From: a bacterium
GTDB taxonomy: Bacteria; UBA8248
Length of the DNA stretch: 64,000 bases
Assembly (NCBI GenBank): GCA_965204535.1
Contig: CBDBEV010000001.1
Coordinates: 96,001-160,000, forward strand
Direction of reading: 5' to 3'
Part shown: piece after piece, positions 9,714-19,787 of the stretch
Numbering within the stretch: the first letter of the stretch is position 1
How the letters are laid out: the number at the start of each line of letters is the position of its first letter
The notes under the pieces: model-generated
Seen by the model: only the letters and a program-made list of their open reading frames with translations
What the model was told of the DNA's origin: nothing
Database searches by the model: none
Program-made: the position numbers and the translations under genes

Positions 9714-10352
9714 TTAAGCCGTTACGGCCTGCTCGGCCAGGAGTTCATCGAGCACCCGGTCGACGCGGGGCTGCTCCGTCCAGCTCGCCTTGTAGGCGAT
9801 GTTTCCCTCCTTGTCGATGACGAAGACCATGTTCGGCATGCGCCCGTAGGCGTTCACCACCGCCTCGTCGATGTCGTCCACCAGCACGGGGATTTTCATG
9901 CCGAATTCGGCCACCAACTCCTTCGCGTAGCCCATCTTGTGCTCGAAGGTGGTGTGCTGGGTGTATTTCTTGAAGTACTTGCGCTCCTGCGCGTGGGGCT
10001 CCTTGGAATATACGACGAAGAACTCGACGTCCTCCTCCTTGTAGCGCTCATGCAACTCGTCCATGCCCGGCACCTGCCGGCGGAATGGCGGTCACGTGAT
10101 GGCGCCGAACTCCAAGACGATGTTCTTCTTCCCGCGGAAATCGGCCAGGTCCACGAGTTCTCCAGACGTGCTCTGGAGTTTTACCGGAGGCGCGGGTTGG
10201 CCGGGTTTCAGTTGATCCTCGAACGCCTTGTGGCGAACTTTTCTGAATCCGCTCAACTCGCGCTTGATCATCAGAAACGGGTCCAGGTACCACATGCTCC
10301 ACAAGCCCCCGAGAGGGCCGGGCGGCCTGTCGATATAGTCTTCTTTCTGCAT
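9714..10352 (-). CDS. Iodothyronine deiodinase-like thioredoxin-fold selenoprotein (Sec at TGA 10094-10092), 212 aa
   Basis: ORFs 10092..10352 and 9714..10073 share a frame and join through TGA to give VLEFGAIT-U-PPFRRQV. VYSKEPH and VLVDD...AYG follow, matching deiodinase motifs FGSxTUPPF and VYxxEAH. Confidence 0.85.
10061..10091 (-). promoter_or_regulatory. Putative bacterial SECIS element
   Basis: mRNA after UGA reads CCG-CCAU-U-CC-GG-CGGC[AGGU]GCCG-GG-C-AUGG. The G-containing apical loop starts 16 nt after the UGA. Confidence 0.65.
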
Positions 10353-10468
10353 CTATCAACCTCCTATGAAAAGATGAATGGCGAACAAGAAAAACTAGTG
10401 TATTTCCATAATTTTGTCGATTCTGTGAAGGAGAACCGCCTCGCGCGCGTGAGTATCGGGAGTCAGGC

Positions 10469-11236
10469 TCAGGCCTCATGCCTTTCAAACGCGCTCCAGT
10501 AGACGTCCATCACCCTCTTGAAACCCACGCTTTCGAACACGCGCTCGGAGGCCTCGTTTCCCGCCACGATGTAGCAATACGCCTCGCGCCCCCTGGCGAA
10601 TTGTGCCTCGATCAGGGCGGACACCACCACGCGCGCGAGCCCCTGGCCGCGGAATTGATCCATCGTGTGCAGCATGCCGATTGAGCCGTTCGCATGAACG
10701 ACCATGTAGGAGGCGAGTTCGCCCCCGATGCGTATCGCGGCGGTGGGCGCGTTTCGGATTCTCGCCAGAGCGTATTCCTCCCCCTGGTCGTAGGGTGAAT
10801 TCTCGGCCAGCGTCTTCGCATCCTCGCTTTCAAGGCTTCCGATGCGGTGCGAGCTGAAAACGGGCCTGAAATCTTTTTTCTCGAGAATGAACATGCCCAC
10901 GGGCGAGCCCCGGATGAGTTTTCTTCGCCTCTCAACCGCCTTTTGAACCTCGAGAGTGACAGAGGAGAACTTGAGATACCCGTCGCTCTCTTCCATCTGC
11001 GCGGAGAGGCGCTCCAAGTCTCCCAGTTTTGCGAGTATCGCCTCGGGCCGCCCGAGCGGCGCGAGCCAGCCGCGTCCGGTGTGCACCGCCAGTCGTGGCG
11101 CGGTGAGGTCGTCCACCCAAAGAGAAACGTCCTCTCCACCCTCGGCGATGGCTTCCGTGAAGCGCAACCGGAGCGGCCCCTGCGCGCGCAGGAATTTCTG
11201 AAAAGATTCGCTATGGGGGTTCTCCAAACGAAACAA
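10469..11236 (-). CDS. GNAT family N-acetyltransferase (FR47-like C-terminal domain)
   Basis: GSIGMLHT..QFRGQGLA acetyl-CoA motif and NEASERVFESVGF. TTG start is uncertain. Confidence 0.8.
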   Translation of the reverse strand: MFRLENPHSESFQKFLRAQGPLRLRFTEAIAEGGEDVSLWVDDLTAPRLAVHTGRGWLAPLGRPEAILAKLGDLERLSAQMEESDGYLKFSSVTLEVQKAVERRRKLIRGSPVGMFILEKKDFRPVFSSHRIGSLESEDAKTLAENSPYDQGEEYALARIRNAPTAAIRIGGELASYMVVHANGSIGMLHTMDQFRGQGLARVVVSALIEAQFARGREAYCYIVAGNEASERVFESVGFKRVMDVYWSAFERHEA

Positions 11237-11353
11237 TTTTCGCTACACTCCCATGCTGATGAGAACGCCGCTCCCTTGGAGGGGTGATTATACCCGTTCA
11301 TCCTCTCGAATGAAGAGACGGGGCGCCTAAAATAGACCACCACAGGAGAGAAA

Positions 11354-12427
11354 ATGAAGGAATATCGCATCATCACCATCCCGGGGGACGGAATCGGCCC
11401 CGAACTCATGGAGGCCACCATCGCGGTTCTCGAAGCCGTACAGGAGGTGAACGGGGCCTTGAAACTCAACCTCGAAGAACACGAAGCAGGCGCGGGCCGC
11501 TACGCCAAGTACGGCAAGCGCATCAGCGATGAAACCCTGCAGGCCTGCCACGAGGCGGACGGCATCCTCAAATCGCCCGTGGGCGACCCGGCCGTCCGCA
11601 CGCCGGAGGGCACCGAGGGCGGGCTTCTCGGCGGCGTACTCAGAACCAGTCTCGACGTCTTCGCCAACATGCGGCCCGTCAAGCTCTACCCGGGCATCCG
11701 GAGTCCCCTGGCGGGCTATGAACCCGGCAACATCGATTACGTCGTGATTCGCGAGAACACGGAAGGCCTCTACGCCTCGCGCGACAAGGGGGTCGGCGGC
11801 CCCGAAGCCGTGGCCGACACCCTCATCATCACCCGAAAAGGGGCGGAGCGCGTGGCGAGATTCGCCTTCGAGCTCGCGCGCAAAAGAAACGGCGCCCCCG
11901 AAGACGGCGTGCGGCGCGTCACCTGCGTGGACAAGGGCAACGTCCTGCGCTCCCTGGCGTTTTTCCGAGAAATTTTCTTTGAAGTCGCCGCCGATTACCC
12001 CGATATCCAGGCGGAAACACTGTATTCGGACGCCTGCGCCTACAATCTGGTGATTCGCCCCGAACACTACGACGTGCTCGTGATGGAGAACATGCTGGGC
12101 GATTTGCTGAGCGATTTGGGCGGCGCCACGGCGGGCGGCCTCGGCATGTGTCCTTCGGGGAACATCGGGGAGAAATTCGCCTTCTTCGAGGCGGTACACG
12201 GCTCGGCCCCCGACATCGCCGGTCAAGGAATCGCCAACCCTTTGAGCCTCATTCTCTCCGCCGCTCTCATGCTCGCCCACATCGGGGAGAGCGAGGCCGC
12301 GAAGCAGATTGAAACCAGCGTGTGGGGAGCACTCCAAGCCGGGGAAATCCGCCTCGACGGCAAGGGGCGCTCCGTCGACGGCTCCAAGGCCATCACCGAG
12401 GCGGTGTGCGCCCGCGTGAGGGGATGA
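11354..12427 (+). CDS. Isocitrate/isopropylmalate (beta-decarboxylating) dehydrogenase family protein
   Basis: PGDGIGPE, IRENTEGLY, VDKGNV, NMLGDLLSD and FEAVHGSAPDIAG motifs. Confidence 0.9.
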   Translation: MKEYRIITIPGDGIGPELMEATIAVLEAVQEVNGALKLNLEEHEAGAGRYAKYGKRISDETLQACHEADGILKSPVGDPAVRTPEGTEGGLLGGVLRTSLDVFANMRPVKLYPGIRSPLAGYEPGNIDYVVIRENTEGLYASRDKGVGGPEAVADTLIITRKGAERVARFAFELARKRNGAPEDGVRRVTCVDKGNVLRSLAFFREIFFEVAADYPDIQAETLYSDACAYNLVIRPEHYDVLVMENMLGDLLSDLGGATAGGLGMCPSGNIGEKFAFFEAVHGSAPDIAGQGIANPLSLILSAALMLAHIGESEAAKQIETSVWGALQAGEIRLDGKGRSVDGSKAITEAVCARVRG

Positions 12428-12428
12428 T

Positions 12429-13133
12429 TCAGGAAAACCGCTCGCGCAGGAGGGTCCACACGGCGATGAAACCGTCTCGCCACGTTATCTTCTTGCCCTC
12501 CGCGTAGGTACGTCCGTAGTAGGAAATCGGCACCTCGTAGATGCGCCATTTCGCGGGTTTCAGGATTTTCGCGGTGAATTCCGGCTCGAAGTCGAACCCC
12601 CTGGCGCGGATTTTCATGTCCTTCACCACCTCGCGGCGGAACATCTTGTAGCAGGTCTCCATGTCGGTGAGCGTGCAGTTGAAAAGCAGATTCGCCAGCG
12701 TGGTCAGCATCCAATTTCCCACCTTGTGCCAGAACATGTGCACGCGCTGGGGTTTTCCCCCGAAACGCGTACCGTAGACCACGTCGGCCGCCCCCCGGCG
12801 TATCGGGTCATAGAGATCGGTGTATTCGGCGGGGTCGTACTCCAGATCCGCATCCTGCACGACGATCACGTCCCCGTTCGCCGACGCGAAGCCATCGCAC
12901 AGGGCGGCTCCTTTCCCCTCGTTTTTCTCGCGGTAGATGACGCGCGCGCCGTTTTGTTCAATCTCGGCCAGGATATCCCTGGTGCCGTCCGTGCTGCCAT
13001 CGTCCACGATGATGAGTTCGATGTTCATCGGCACAGACTGGACGCGGGCTACGATTTCGCGGATCGTGTCGTGTTCGTTGTAGCACGGCATCACCACGCT
13101 CAGTAAATCCGTCATCTGGCCATCATCGCTCAC
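12429..13133 (-). CDS. Glycosyltransferase family 2 (DPM1-like)
   Basis: SVVMPCYNE, VDDGSTDGT, QDADLEYDP and TDMETCYK. Start is GTG 13133 (GGAG RBS) or ATG 13115. Confidence 0.9.
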   Translation of the reverse strand: MSDDGQMTDLLSVVMPCYNEHDTIREIVARVQSVPMNIELIIVDDGSTDGTRDILAEIEQNGARVIYREKNEGKGAALCDGFASANGDVIVVQDADLEYDPAEYTDLYDPIRRGAADVVYGTRFGGKPQRVHMFWHKVGNWMLTTLANLLFNCTLTDMETCYKMFRREVVKDMKIRARGFDFEPEFTAKILKPAKWRIYEVPISYYGRTYAEGKKITWRDGFIAVWTLLRERFS

Positions 13134-13327
13134 CGCAGGTCTCCATCCGAGGGTCGGGCGCATCATTCGTTTACGAGGGTATCGCGCCAAAGCCTACATG
13201 CTCCCCCCTGCATGGTCAATTTATTTTTAAGCCCTAAAAGCTCTCAGGCTTGGCAAGCGTTGCCCTCCGTGAGAGTATCTCCGCGCCGATAATTTAATGA
13301 AAATCACTTAAATTCCAGGATATTTAT

Positions 13328-14455
13328 ATGTCATCTGCCTTGCTTGAAAGAATGAAGACGCTGTGCGCCCTGCCCGGCCCGCCGGGTCATGAGGGCGCCG
13401 TGCGCGACGCCATCGCGGAGATGGTGAAAGACAGCGCGAGCGAGTTGCGGCGCGACGATATCGGGAACCTCATTGCCCGGCACGAGGCGAACGAGTCAGC
13501 GCCTCACATCGTGCTGGAATGCCATATGGACGAAGTCGGCCTCATCGTCACGAAAGTCGAGGCGGGCGGCGCGATTCGCTTTGAAAAAGTGGGGCTCGTG
13601 GCGGATGCGATTTTCCCCGGACGCGAGGTCGCCCTCCTGACGCTGGACGGGAATCTCCACCGGGGCGTCGTCAACGTGCGCAGCGGACATCTCCAGTCCC
13701 TACAGGGCCAGGAACACCCCGGCGTCGACGAGATGTGGATAGACTTGGGCGCTTCGGACGATGCGCCGATTCGCGCCCTCGGGATAGAAGCAGGCACGCC
13801 GGGCGTATTCCACAGCCCCTTCATCCAGCTTCCAGGGGGAGCGTGGAAATCGAAGGCGGTGGACAACCGCTCGGGCTGCGCCCTGTGCGTGGAGGCGTTC
13901 ATCAACACGGCGAACTCTCTATCGGACAGGCTCCGCCTGAGCGCCGCCTTCTGCGCGCAGGAGGAAATCGGCGGGCGCGGCGCTTCGGTTCTTTCGGTGG
14001 ATGAAGGGGGGAGCGATCCCCCCTCTCTCGCCATCGTGCTCGATAACGTGCCCTCGGACGGTCCGGGACGCTCCGACGCCCGTGGGTCCAAGATCGGAGC
14101 CGGGCCGGTGTTGCGCAGGTACGATCACCAGCCCATGAGCCTTTACGGCTATATCACCCCGCCGGAGCTTATCCGGTGGGTGAAGGACGTGGCGAGCGAC
14201 GCCCATGTGCCCCTGCAGGAAGACGTGTTCGTGGGCACGTTTCTCGATTCCGCGACTTTAAGCAAATCCCGGCCGGGCGGCTTGCCCGTCGTGCCGATCA
14301 ACATGCCCAGACGCTATTCCCACAGTCCGGTGGAGACTTTCATGGAATCGGACCTGGAAGCCATGGCGGCGCTCATCGGCGCTCTTTTGCGCTCCGCCGC
14401 CGAGGGAGGAGCGCCGGATTTGAGGCGGGATTATTTGTCGCCCTCTGATGCTTGA
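13328..14455 (+). CDS. M42 family metallopeptidase
   Basis: GPPGHE, HMDEVG, KAVDNR, QEEIG and RYSHSP motifs. Confidence 0.88.
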   Translation: MSSALLERMKTLCALPGPPGHEGAVRDAIAEMVKDSASELRRDDIGNLIARHEANESAPHIVLECHMDEVGLIVTKVEAGGAIRFEKVGLVADAIFPGREVALLTLDGNLHRGVVNVRSGHLQSLQGQEHPGVDEMWIDLGASDDAPIRALGIEAGTPGVFHSPFIQLPGGAWKSKAVDNRSGCALCVEAFINTANSLSDRLRLSAAFCAQEEIGGRGASVLSVDEGGSDPPSLAIVLDNVPSDGPGRSDARGSKIGAGPVLRRYDHQPMSLYGYITPPELIRWVKDVASDAHVPLQEDVFVGTFLDSATLSKSRPGGLPVVPINMPRRYSHSPVETFMESDLEAMAALIGALLRSAAEGGAPDLRRDYLSPSDA

Positions 14456-14493
14456 AATCCTACAAAAACCGCACTTTAGGAGAAACGAAGCCT

Positions 14494-15345
14494 GTGTCGA
14501 AAGTAATTCGCGTCGCCCACAGCCCCGATTCGGACGATGCCTTCATGTTCCACGCCCTGGCGAACGAGAAGATCGCGCAGGGCGAATATGAATTCATCCA
14601 TGAACTCCACGACATCGAGACGCTGAACCAAGCCGCTTTCGAGGGAAAGTACGAGGTGAGCGCCATCAGCTTTCATGCGTATTGCCACCTGGCGGACCGC
14701 TACGCCATTTTGCCGCACGGGGCGAGCTTCGGGGAGAATTACGGCCCCGTCATCATCTCGCGTGAGCCCATGACGCCAGAGGCGCTCCGGGACGCGGAAA
14801 TCGCCATCCCCGGCTTGCTGACGACGGCCTATCTCACGCTACGCCTCTATCTGGGGGGCGAGGAGCCGAAACACCGCGTAGTGCATTTCGACCACATCAT
14901 GGACGAGGTGAAGAAGGGCGCCTCGCCGGCGGGGCTTCTCATTCACGAGGGCCAGCTCACCTATGAGGAGGAGGGCTTTCATCTCGTCGAAGACCTCGGC
15001 AAGTGGTGGATGCGCGAAACCGGAGGCCCCCTGCCCCTGGGCTGCAACGTCATCAGAAAAGATTTAGGCCCCGAAGTGGTGGGCGAGGTGAGCCGCCTGC
15101 TTCACCAGAGCATCGTCTACGCGCTGGAGAACCGGGACGAGGCGCTCGACCACGCCATGGCCTACGCCAGGGATCTGCCGCGTGACAAGGCGGACGTATT
15201 CGTCGGCATGTACGTGAACGAATGGACGCGCTCATACGGTGATGCCGGGCGAAAAGCCGTCTCCACGCTGTTGAACCGCGCAGCGGAGGCAGGCATCATT
15301 CCCGAACAAATTGAGCCGGAATTCGTAGCCTCATCCACAAGCTGA
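14494..15345 (+). CDS. mqnD: 1,4-dihydroxy-6-naphthoate synthase (futalosine menaquinone pathway)
   Basis: AHSPDSDDAFMF, DIETLN, LLIHEGQLTY, DLGKWW..PLPLG and YVNE motifs. GTG start follows AGGAG. Confidence 0.88.
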   Translation: MSKVIRVAHSPDSDDAFMFHALANEKIAQGEYEFIHELHDIETLNQAAFEGKYEVSAISFHAYCHLADRYAILPHGASFGENYGPVIISREPMTPEALRDAEIAIPGLLTTAYLTLRLYLGGEEPKHRVVHFDHIMDEVKKGASPAGLLIHEGQLTYEEEGFHLVEDLGKWWMRETGGPLPLGCNVIRKDLGPEVVGEVSRLLHQSIVYALENRDEALDHAMAYARDLPRDKADVFVGMYVNEWTRSYGDAGRKAVSTLLNRAAEAGIIPEQIEPEFVASSTS

Positions 15346-15361
15346 CAAGCGGAGGCGGAGC

Positions 15362-15745
15362 ATGCTGGAGGGAATGCACCACATATCCATCAGCGTTGAT
15401 GACCTGGAAGAAGCGCGTGATTTCTACGCCGGTTTGCTGGAACTCGCGGAAATCGATCGTCCGGACCTACCGAATCCGGGCTACTGGTTCCAGGCGGGCG
15501 CATGTCAGCTTCATCTGACGGGACGCCGAGACCGGGCGAGCGAAAAGAGCATTCCGGGCACAGGGGCGGGTGAAACGCATTTCGCCTTCGCGGCGTCTGA
15601 CTTGGAGCCCGTGAAGCGAAGGCTCGAAATCGCGGGCGTGGACGTGAAAGACGGCATCAACGCCGGGCTGGGTTTGCGGCAGCTTTTCTTCAGAGACCCC
15701 TCGGACAACCTCGTGGAAGTGTTCTGCACGCTGGACGAATTTTGA
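15362..15745 (+). CDS. VOC/glyoxalase family protein
   Basis: HHISISVDD, QLHL, HFAF and QLFFRDPSDNLVE motifs. Confidence 0.88.
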   Translation: MLEGMHHISISVDDLEEARDFYAGLLELAEIDRPDLPNPGYWFQAGACQLHLTGRRDRASEKSIPGTGAGETHFAFAASDLEPVKRRLEIAGVDVKDGINAGLGLRQLFFRDPSDNLVEVFCTLDEF

Positions 15746-15821
15746 AGACAACCACGGGAAACTAACTGAGCGAGTTGCATCGCGGCCGGCGCGGCCTGTG
15801 AACAGGAAAGAGGGGCACACC

Positions 15822-16985
15822 ATGGAAAGCTTGGATCTCGATGAATCATCGCGGCGTCTGCCGGTTTCGGTGCTGACCGGCTTCCTTGGCAGCGGCAAGA
15901 CCACCGTGCTCAACCATCTGATCCAGCAACCCGCACTGAGCCGGACACTCGTGCTCATCAACGAGTTCGGCGAGATCGGCCTCGACCACGACCTCGTGAC
16001 GTACAGCAAAGATGACGTCGTCATCGAGATGTCGAGCGGCTGCCTCTGCTGCACCATCCGGGGCGACCTTGCCAAGACCTTGCGCGAGGCCCCCGGACGC
16101 TTTGCGCGCAGGGGCGAGCTATGGTTCGACCGGGTGGTTATCGAGACCACCGGGCTCGCGGATCCGCCCCCGATCCTTCATACCTTGATGAACGAACCGG
16201 ACGTCGCGTGGCGCTATCGCCTGGACGGGGTGATCTCCACAGTCGATGCGGTCAATGGCGGCGACACGCTCGATCGCCAGATCGAGTCGGTCAAGCAGGC
16301 GGCAATGGCCGATCGCCTGCTGATCACAAAAGCTGATCTCGTCGACCCCGATACACTGCGCAGATTGCAGGACCGTCTGCGGGCCTTGAACCCCGCCGCC
16401 CCTCAAATAATCGCAGAGAAAGGTTCCGCCGATCCGGCGTTGCTGTTCGACGCCGGTCTTTACGACCCGAAGACCAAAAGCCTCAACGTGCAGAACTGGC
16501 TCAAGGCGGAGGCTTATGCCGAGTCGCACGAACATGAACACGGAACGGCCGGCCACGGCCACACACACCAACATGACCACACACACCAACATAACGACGT
16601 CAATCGCCATGACGCTCACATCAAGGCGTTCTGCCTCACGATCGATGAGCCGATCCATGGCGATGCGCTCGATCTCTGGCTCGAAGCGCTACTCCTGCTC
16701 CGGGGCGCGGACTTTCTGCGAACCAAGGGAATCATCAATGTCGTCGATCTCGATGGACCGGTTGTTATTCACGGCGTCCAGCACATCGTCCACCCGGCGG
16801 TCATGCTGAAGGAATGGCCGAGTGAAGACCGCCGCTCCCGGATCGTCTTCATCACGCGCGATATAGACGAATCCGCGCTCCGAGACACGCTGAAGATTTT
16901 CGAGACCAGCAAAGCCCGGCAGCCGAAAATCCTACCCGTCGAGTCGGACGACAGCGACGCCGCCATCTCCGAGGTGCGGAGATGA
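15822..16985 (+). CDS. COG0523/CobW family metallochaperone GTPase
   Basis: [27 protein letters not shown], a His-rich linker and a CobW_C domain (RTKGI...HGVQH). Confidence 0.92.
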   Translation: MESLDLDESSRRLPVSVLTGFLGSGKTTVLNHLIQQPALSRTLVLINEFGEIGLDHDLVTYSKDDVVIEMSSGCLCCTIRGDLAKTLREAPGRFARRGELWFDRVVIETTGLADPPPILHTLMNEPDVAWRYRLDGVISTVDAVNGGDTLDRQIESVKQAAMADRLLITKADLVDPDTLRRLQDRLRALNPAAPQIIAEKGSADPALLFDAGLYDPKTKSLNVQNWLKAEAYAESHEHEHGTAGHGHTHQHDHTHQHNDVNRHDAHIKAFCLTIDEPIHGDALDLWLEALLLLRGADFLRTKGIINVVDLDGPVVIHGVQHIVHPAVMLKEWPSEDRRSRIVFITRDIDESALRDTLKIFETSKARQPKILPVESDDSDAAISEVRR

Positions 16986-17110
16986 CGCTGCGCCTGACCA
17001 ACACCATGAAGCGAACGAAAGAGCCGTTTGTGCCGGCGAAACCCGATCACGTCGCGATGTATGTCTGCGGGCCAACCGTCTACAACTTTGCGCACATCGG
17101 CAATGCCCGC
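16982..17110 (+). pseudogene. cysS: Cysteinyl-tRNA synthetase 5' fragment (43 codons)
   Basis: [16 protein letters not shown]...[18 protein letters not shown] is an unmistakable CysRS N-terminus. Similarity ends immediately after the HIGH-type motif. Confidence 0.85.
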
Positions 17111-17111
17111 C

Positions 17112-17239
17112 GCCTACCGCAACGACCGGCCATTTATCCACCACCGGAAGTCATCAAGGCGTCGGATTTTCCGAAATAGCAGGGCGAGGAATACGAGCGC
17201 CTGATCGAGAAAACCCGGGCGCGGGTTAAAGCCGCCTGA
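17112..17239 (+). pseudogene. Degenerate 3' end of a PotD/PotF-like ABC substrate-binding protein gene
   Basis: With a 1-nt frameshift and an internal TAG it reads AYRND(P)[35 protein letters not shown], resembling the PotD/PotF C-terminus. Confidence 0.5.
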
Positions 17240-17258
17240 TGGATACAGGGATGCCTCC

Positions 17259-17687
17259 ATGAAGAACAACAGATTTCACCTGGCCGGGGCCGTGCCCTGG
17301 CGAATAACGGAAGATAAGTTGGAGATCCTCCTCATCACGGCGCGCGACAAGCCCCTGGACGAGGACAATTTCTGGTGGATAGTGCCCCAGGGCGGTGTGG
17401 AGCCGGGGCAGACCACCCAGGAGGCCGCCATCGCTGAAACATGGGAGGAGGCGGGCGTTCGCGGAGTCGCGTCGACAGAGCCCATTGCACGCTATGAATA
17501 CGACATCGGCGCGGGCAGGTGCAAAGTCGACATCTTCGAAATCGAGGTCGAGGTCGTCGAGGACGACTGGCCCGAGAGTCACGAGCGAAGGCGCGTCTGG
17601 CTCTCCCCCGAGGACGCCCTGGAGACCATTTCCGGGCATACGCTCAGGAGCGTCCTGGAAGAATTCCTGCGGAGAAAAGGGGATTAG
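17259..17687 (+). CDS. NUDIX hydrolase (DIPP/Ap6A-like)
   Basis: Nudix box variant QGGVEPGQTTQEAAIAETWEEAG and DWPESHERRRVW. Confidence 0.85.
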   Translation: MKNNRFHLAGAVPWRITEDKLEILLITARDKPLDEDNFWWIVPQGGVEPGQTTQEAAIAETWEEAGVRGVASTEPIARYEYDIGAGRCKVDIFEIEVEVVEDDWPESHERRRVWLSPEDALETISGHTLRSVLEEFLRRKGD

Positions 17688-18379
17688 GCCTTACGTGCCG
17701 CAATGAGCACGCGGTTGTAGTGCAGATAAAGGGGCGCGGCGACAAAGCCTGTGGCCACCAGCCACCCGAGTTGCTCATCCAGACCTGCGGGGTAATCTCC
17801 CTTCGCGTCGTAGCGTTCTCGGTACTCGTGAAATGTCATCGGCTCATCCATTCGCCGGCTCAGACGATTCCACACGCATTCATATTCATCGGGCAGGTCG
17901 TCGAAGCGCGGCTCGATCCGATCCAGGATATAGAAAGCGCCTCCCGGACGCAGGAGTTCGAACACTTTTTCAAAGATCGCTTGTTTGCTCTCGTGGGGAA
18001 TTTCATGCAGCGCCTGGCTGCTGAAAACAGCCGCATATGGCGCATGGGGAAATTCGACCGCTTCCAGATCGTTCATGTCACCTAGAAGCGAAAGATATCT
18101 GCCCTCATGATCGCTCAGGCGCTCTGAGGCGAGCTTCCGCATTTCCTCAGAGCTATCGAGGCATACGACCCTGGCATGGGGGATGCGTTCGAAAATGAGG
18201 GTTTCCACCCGTCCCGAGCCTGCGCCCAAATCCAGCATCCAGCCATCGTCCGGCCTCACACCCTCGAGGAGGGAGATGAGCATATCGAGTTGATTCGCCC
18301 GGTCGGGATTGTCCCGCGCGGCGTTCACCGCGTCCCAGCTTTTGGCGAATTCCTCCTCCCCCCAGGCGTCTTTCGTCAT
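17684..18379 (-). CDS. Class I SAM-dependent methyltransferase
   Basis: LDLGAGSG, LDSSEEM, ALHE and LLRPGG motifs. Confidence 0.85.
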   Translation of the reverse strand: MTKDAWGEEEFAKSWDAVNAARDNPDRANQLDMLISLLEGVRPDDGWMLDLGAGSGRVETLIFERIPHARVVCLDSSEEMRKLASERLSDHEGRYLSLLGDMNDLEAVEFPHAPYAAVFSSQALHEIPHESKQAIFEKVFELLRPGGAFYILDRIEPRFDDLPDEYECVWNRLSRRMDEPMTFHEYRERYDAKGDYPAGLDEQLGWLVATGFVAAPLYLHYNRVLIAARKA

Positions 18380-19755
18380 CAGGCGGCCTTACAAGCGTTC
18401 ATCAACGCGCTCGCATCCGGCGCCGCTTCGAACCCCATGACGGCCCCCACGGCGGAATCGACCTTGCTCTCGGGCAGGACGCGACTCGCGTTCCCCCGGA
18501 ACTTCGCCTCGACGTCCGCCCACTCCATCGGGTTCTCGGGATTGCCCCAGTTGACGGGCTCATCGCGCTCCAGGACACGGCCGTCCTTGAGCGCCATCCT
18601 CACGCCGCCGTGCAGGTATTTGGGGAACCTGTCCGATTCCACGCCTGTACACCTCACTTTCCCGGCCAGTTCGAGCACCTGCGCGTCGCCCAGATGTTCT
18701 TCCTCGAAATCATCGAGCGTGGCCCGGCCCTTCACCACGTTGACGGCCAGACAAAAAGGCAGGCTGAAAAGCGCCGCATACTGCGTGTTGGGCCTTCGCT
18801 TGTGCTCGATGGGCTCGCACACGATATGGAGGATCGGCTCGGGCGTGATGGTCTCGATCTCATCGATCTCATCAATGGATATCCCTGCCTCGCGCACCAG
18901 ATTCTTCGCCGCATCCATCGTCGCATGATTGAAATGGCAGCATGGATAGGGCTTGAACGAAATGCGCAGCGTCTCCCATCGTTCGCCAAGTCCGCCCGCC
19001 AGGATTTCCGCGTCATAGGCCGGGTCGCTCAAGTGCGTCGCATAGAGGCCGAATCTGCCCTCCAGAACTTTCCGGGGGCCCATGAACCCGTGGCCCGCCA
19101 TCTGCGCGGCGGTGACGCCCGCATGGGAAGCCCAACCCGGATGAAAGCGCTTGACCCAGCTTCCATCGTCGAGAAATTCCTGAATCCCCGCCGCCTGGCT
19201 CCCGCACACGCCGAACGCGTTGGCGATGACTTCGGGTGAGTGGTTCATCAGACGCCCCATGACGGCTGCTGCCCCGAAGGCGCCGCATATCGGCGTGGCG
19301 TGATAGCCCTCGGCGTGAAACGCCCCCGGCACTGCGCCCCCGATTCTGGCGATGACCTCATAGCCCGCCACCATGGCCGCCAGAATATCCCGCCCGCTTG
19401 CGCCGGCGGCCTCGCCCGCGGCCAGCGCCGTTGGCACCACGCAGGCGCTCATGTGGGTGATGGAATCCGTATGCGTATCGTCGAAATCAAGCCCGTGCAC
19501 GTAACTGCCGTTCACCATGGCGGCGTGCGCGACGGGCAGCCTGTCTCCGTAACGCCATACGGTGGCCTGGGGCGCGCCGCCCCAATCGCGCGCCGTTTTC
19601 GTCACCGCATCCGCGTAGGCCTCCCGTGTTGCAGCCAAGCCTATACCCAAAGCGTCCAACAGATGGAGCTTCGCCTTTTCGGTTACCTGCCCGGGAATGT
19701 CCTCAAAAGATAAGCCGGCGGCGAAGCGCGCCAGTTTGTCGCTCATCGTTTCCAT
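18379..19755 (-). CDS. MmgE/PrpD family protein
   Basis: HGLDFDDTH, GYH, KRFHPG, FKPYPCCH and FSLPF motifs. Confidence 0.9.
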   Translation of the reverse strand: METMSDKLARFAAGLSFEDIPGQVTEKAKLHLLDALGIGLAATREAYADAVTKTARDWGGAPQATVWRYGDRLPVAHAAMVNGSYVHGLDFDDTHTDSITHMSACVVPTALAAGEAAGASGRDILAAMVAGYEVIARIGGAVPGAFHAEGYHATPICGAFGAAAVMGRLMNHSPEVIANAFGVCGSQAAGIQEFLDDGSWVKRFHPGWASHAGVTAAQMAGHGFMGPRKVLEGRFGLYATHLSDPAYDAEILAGGLGERWETLRISFKPYPCCHFNHATMDAAKNLVREAGISIDEIDEIETITPEPILHIVCEPIEHKRRPNTQYAALFSLPFCLAVNVVKGRATLDDFEEEHLGDAQVLELAGKVRCTGVESDRFPKYLHGGVRMALKDGRVLERDEPVNWGNPENPMEWADVEAKFRGNASRVLPESKVDSAVGAVMGFEAAPDASALMNACKAA

Positions 19756-19787
19756 GTTCGTCTCCTGATCCTGAATCAGACTCGGCC

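Noticed and set aside
15746-15821. Zur box or cobalamin riboswitch upstream of cobW
   Set aside because: Only a TTGCAT half-site is visible and the region is too short for a riboswitch.
16527-16620. CAC/CAT-rich quasi-repeat
   Set aside because: It encodes the normal His-rich linker of COG0523 proteins.
17177-17179. In-frame TAG as possible pyrrolysine or readthrough
   Set aside because: It lies in a chimeric, frameshifted remnant, so decay is the simpler explanation.
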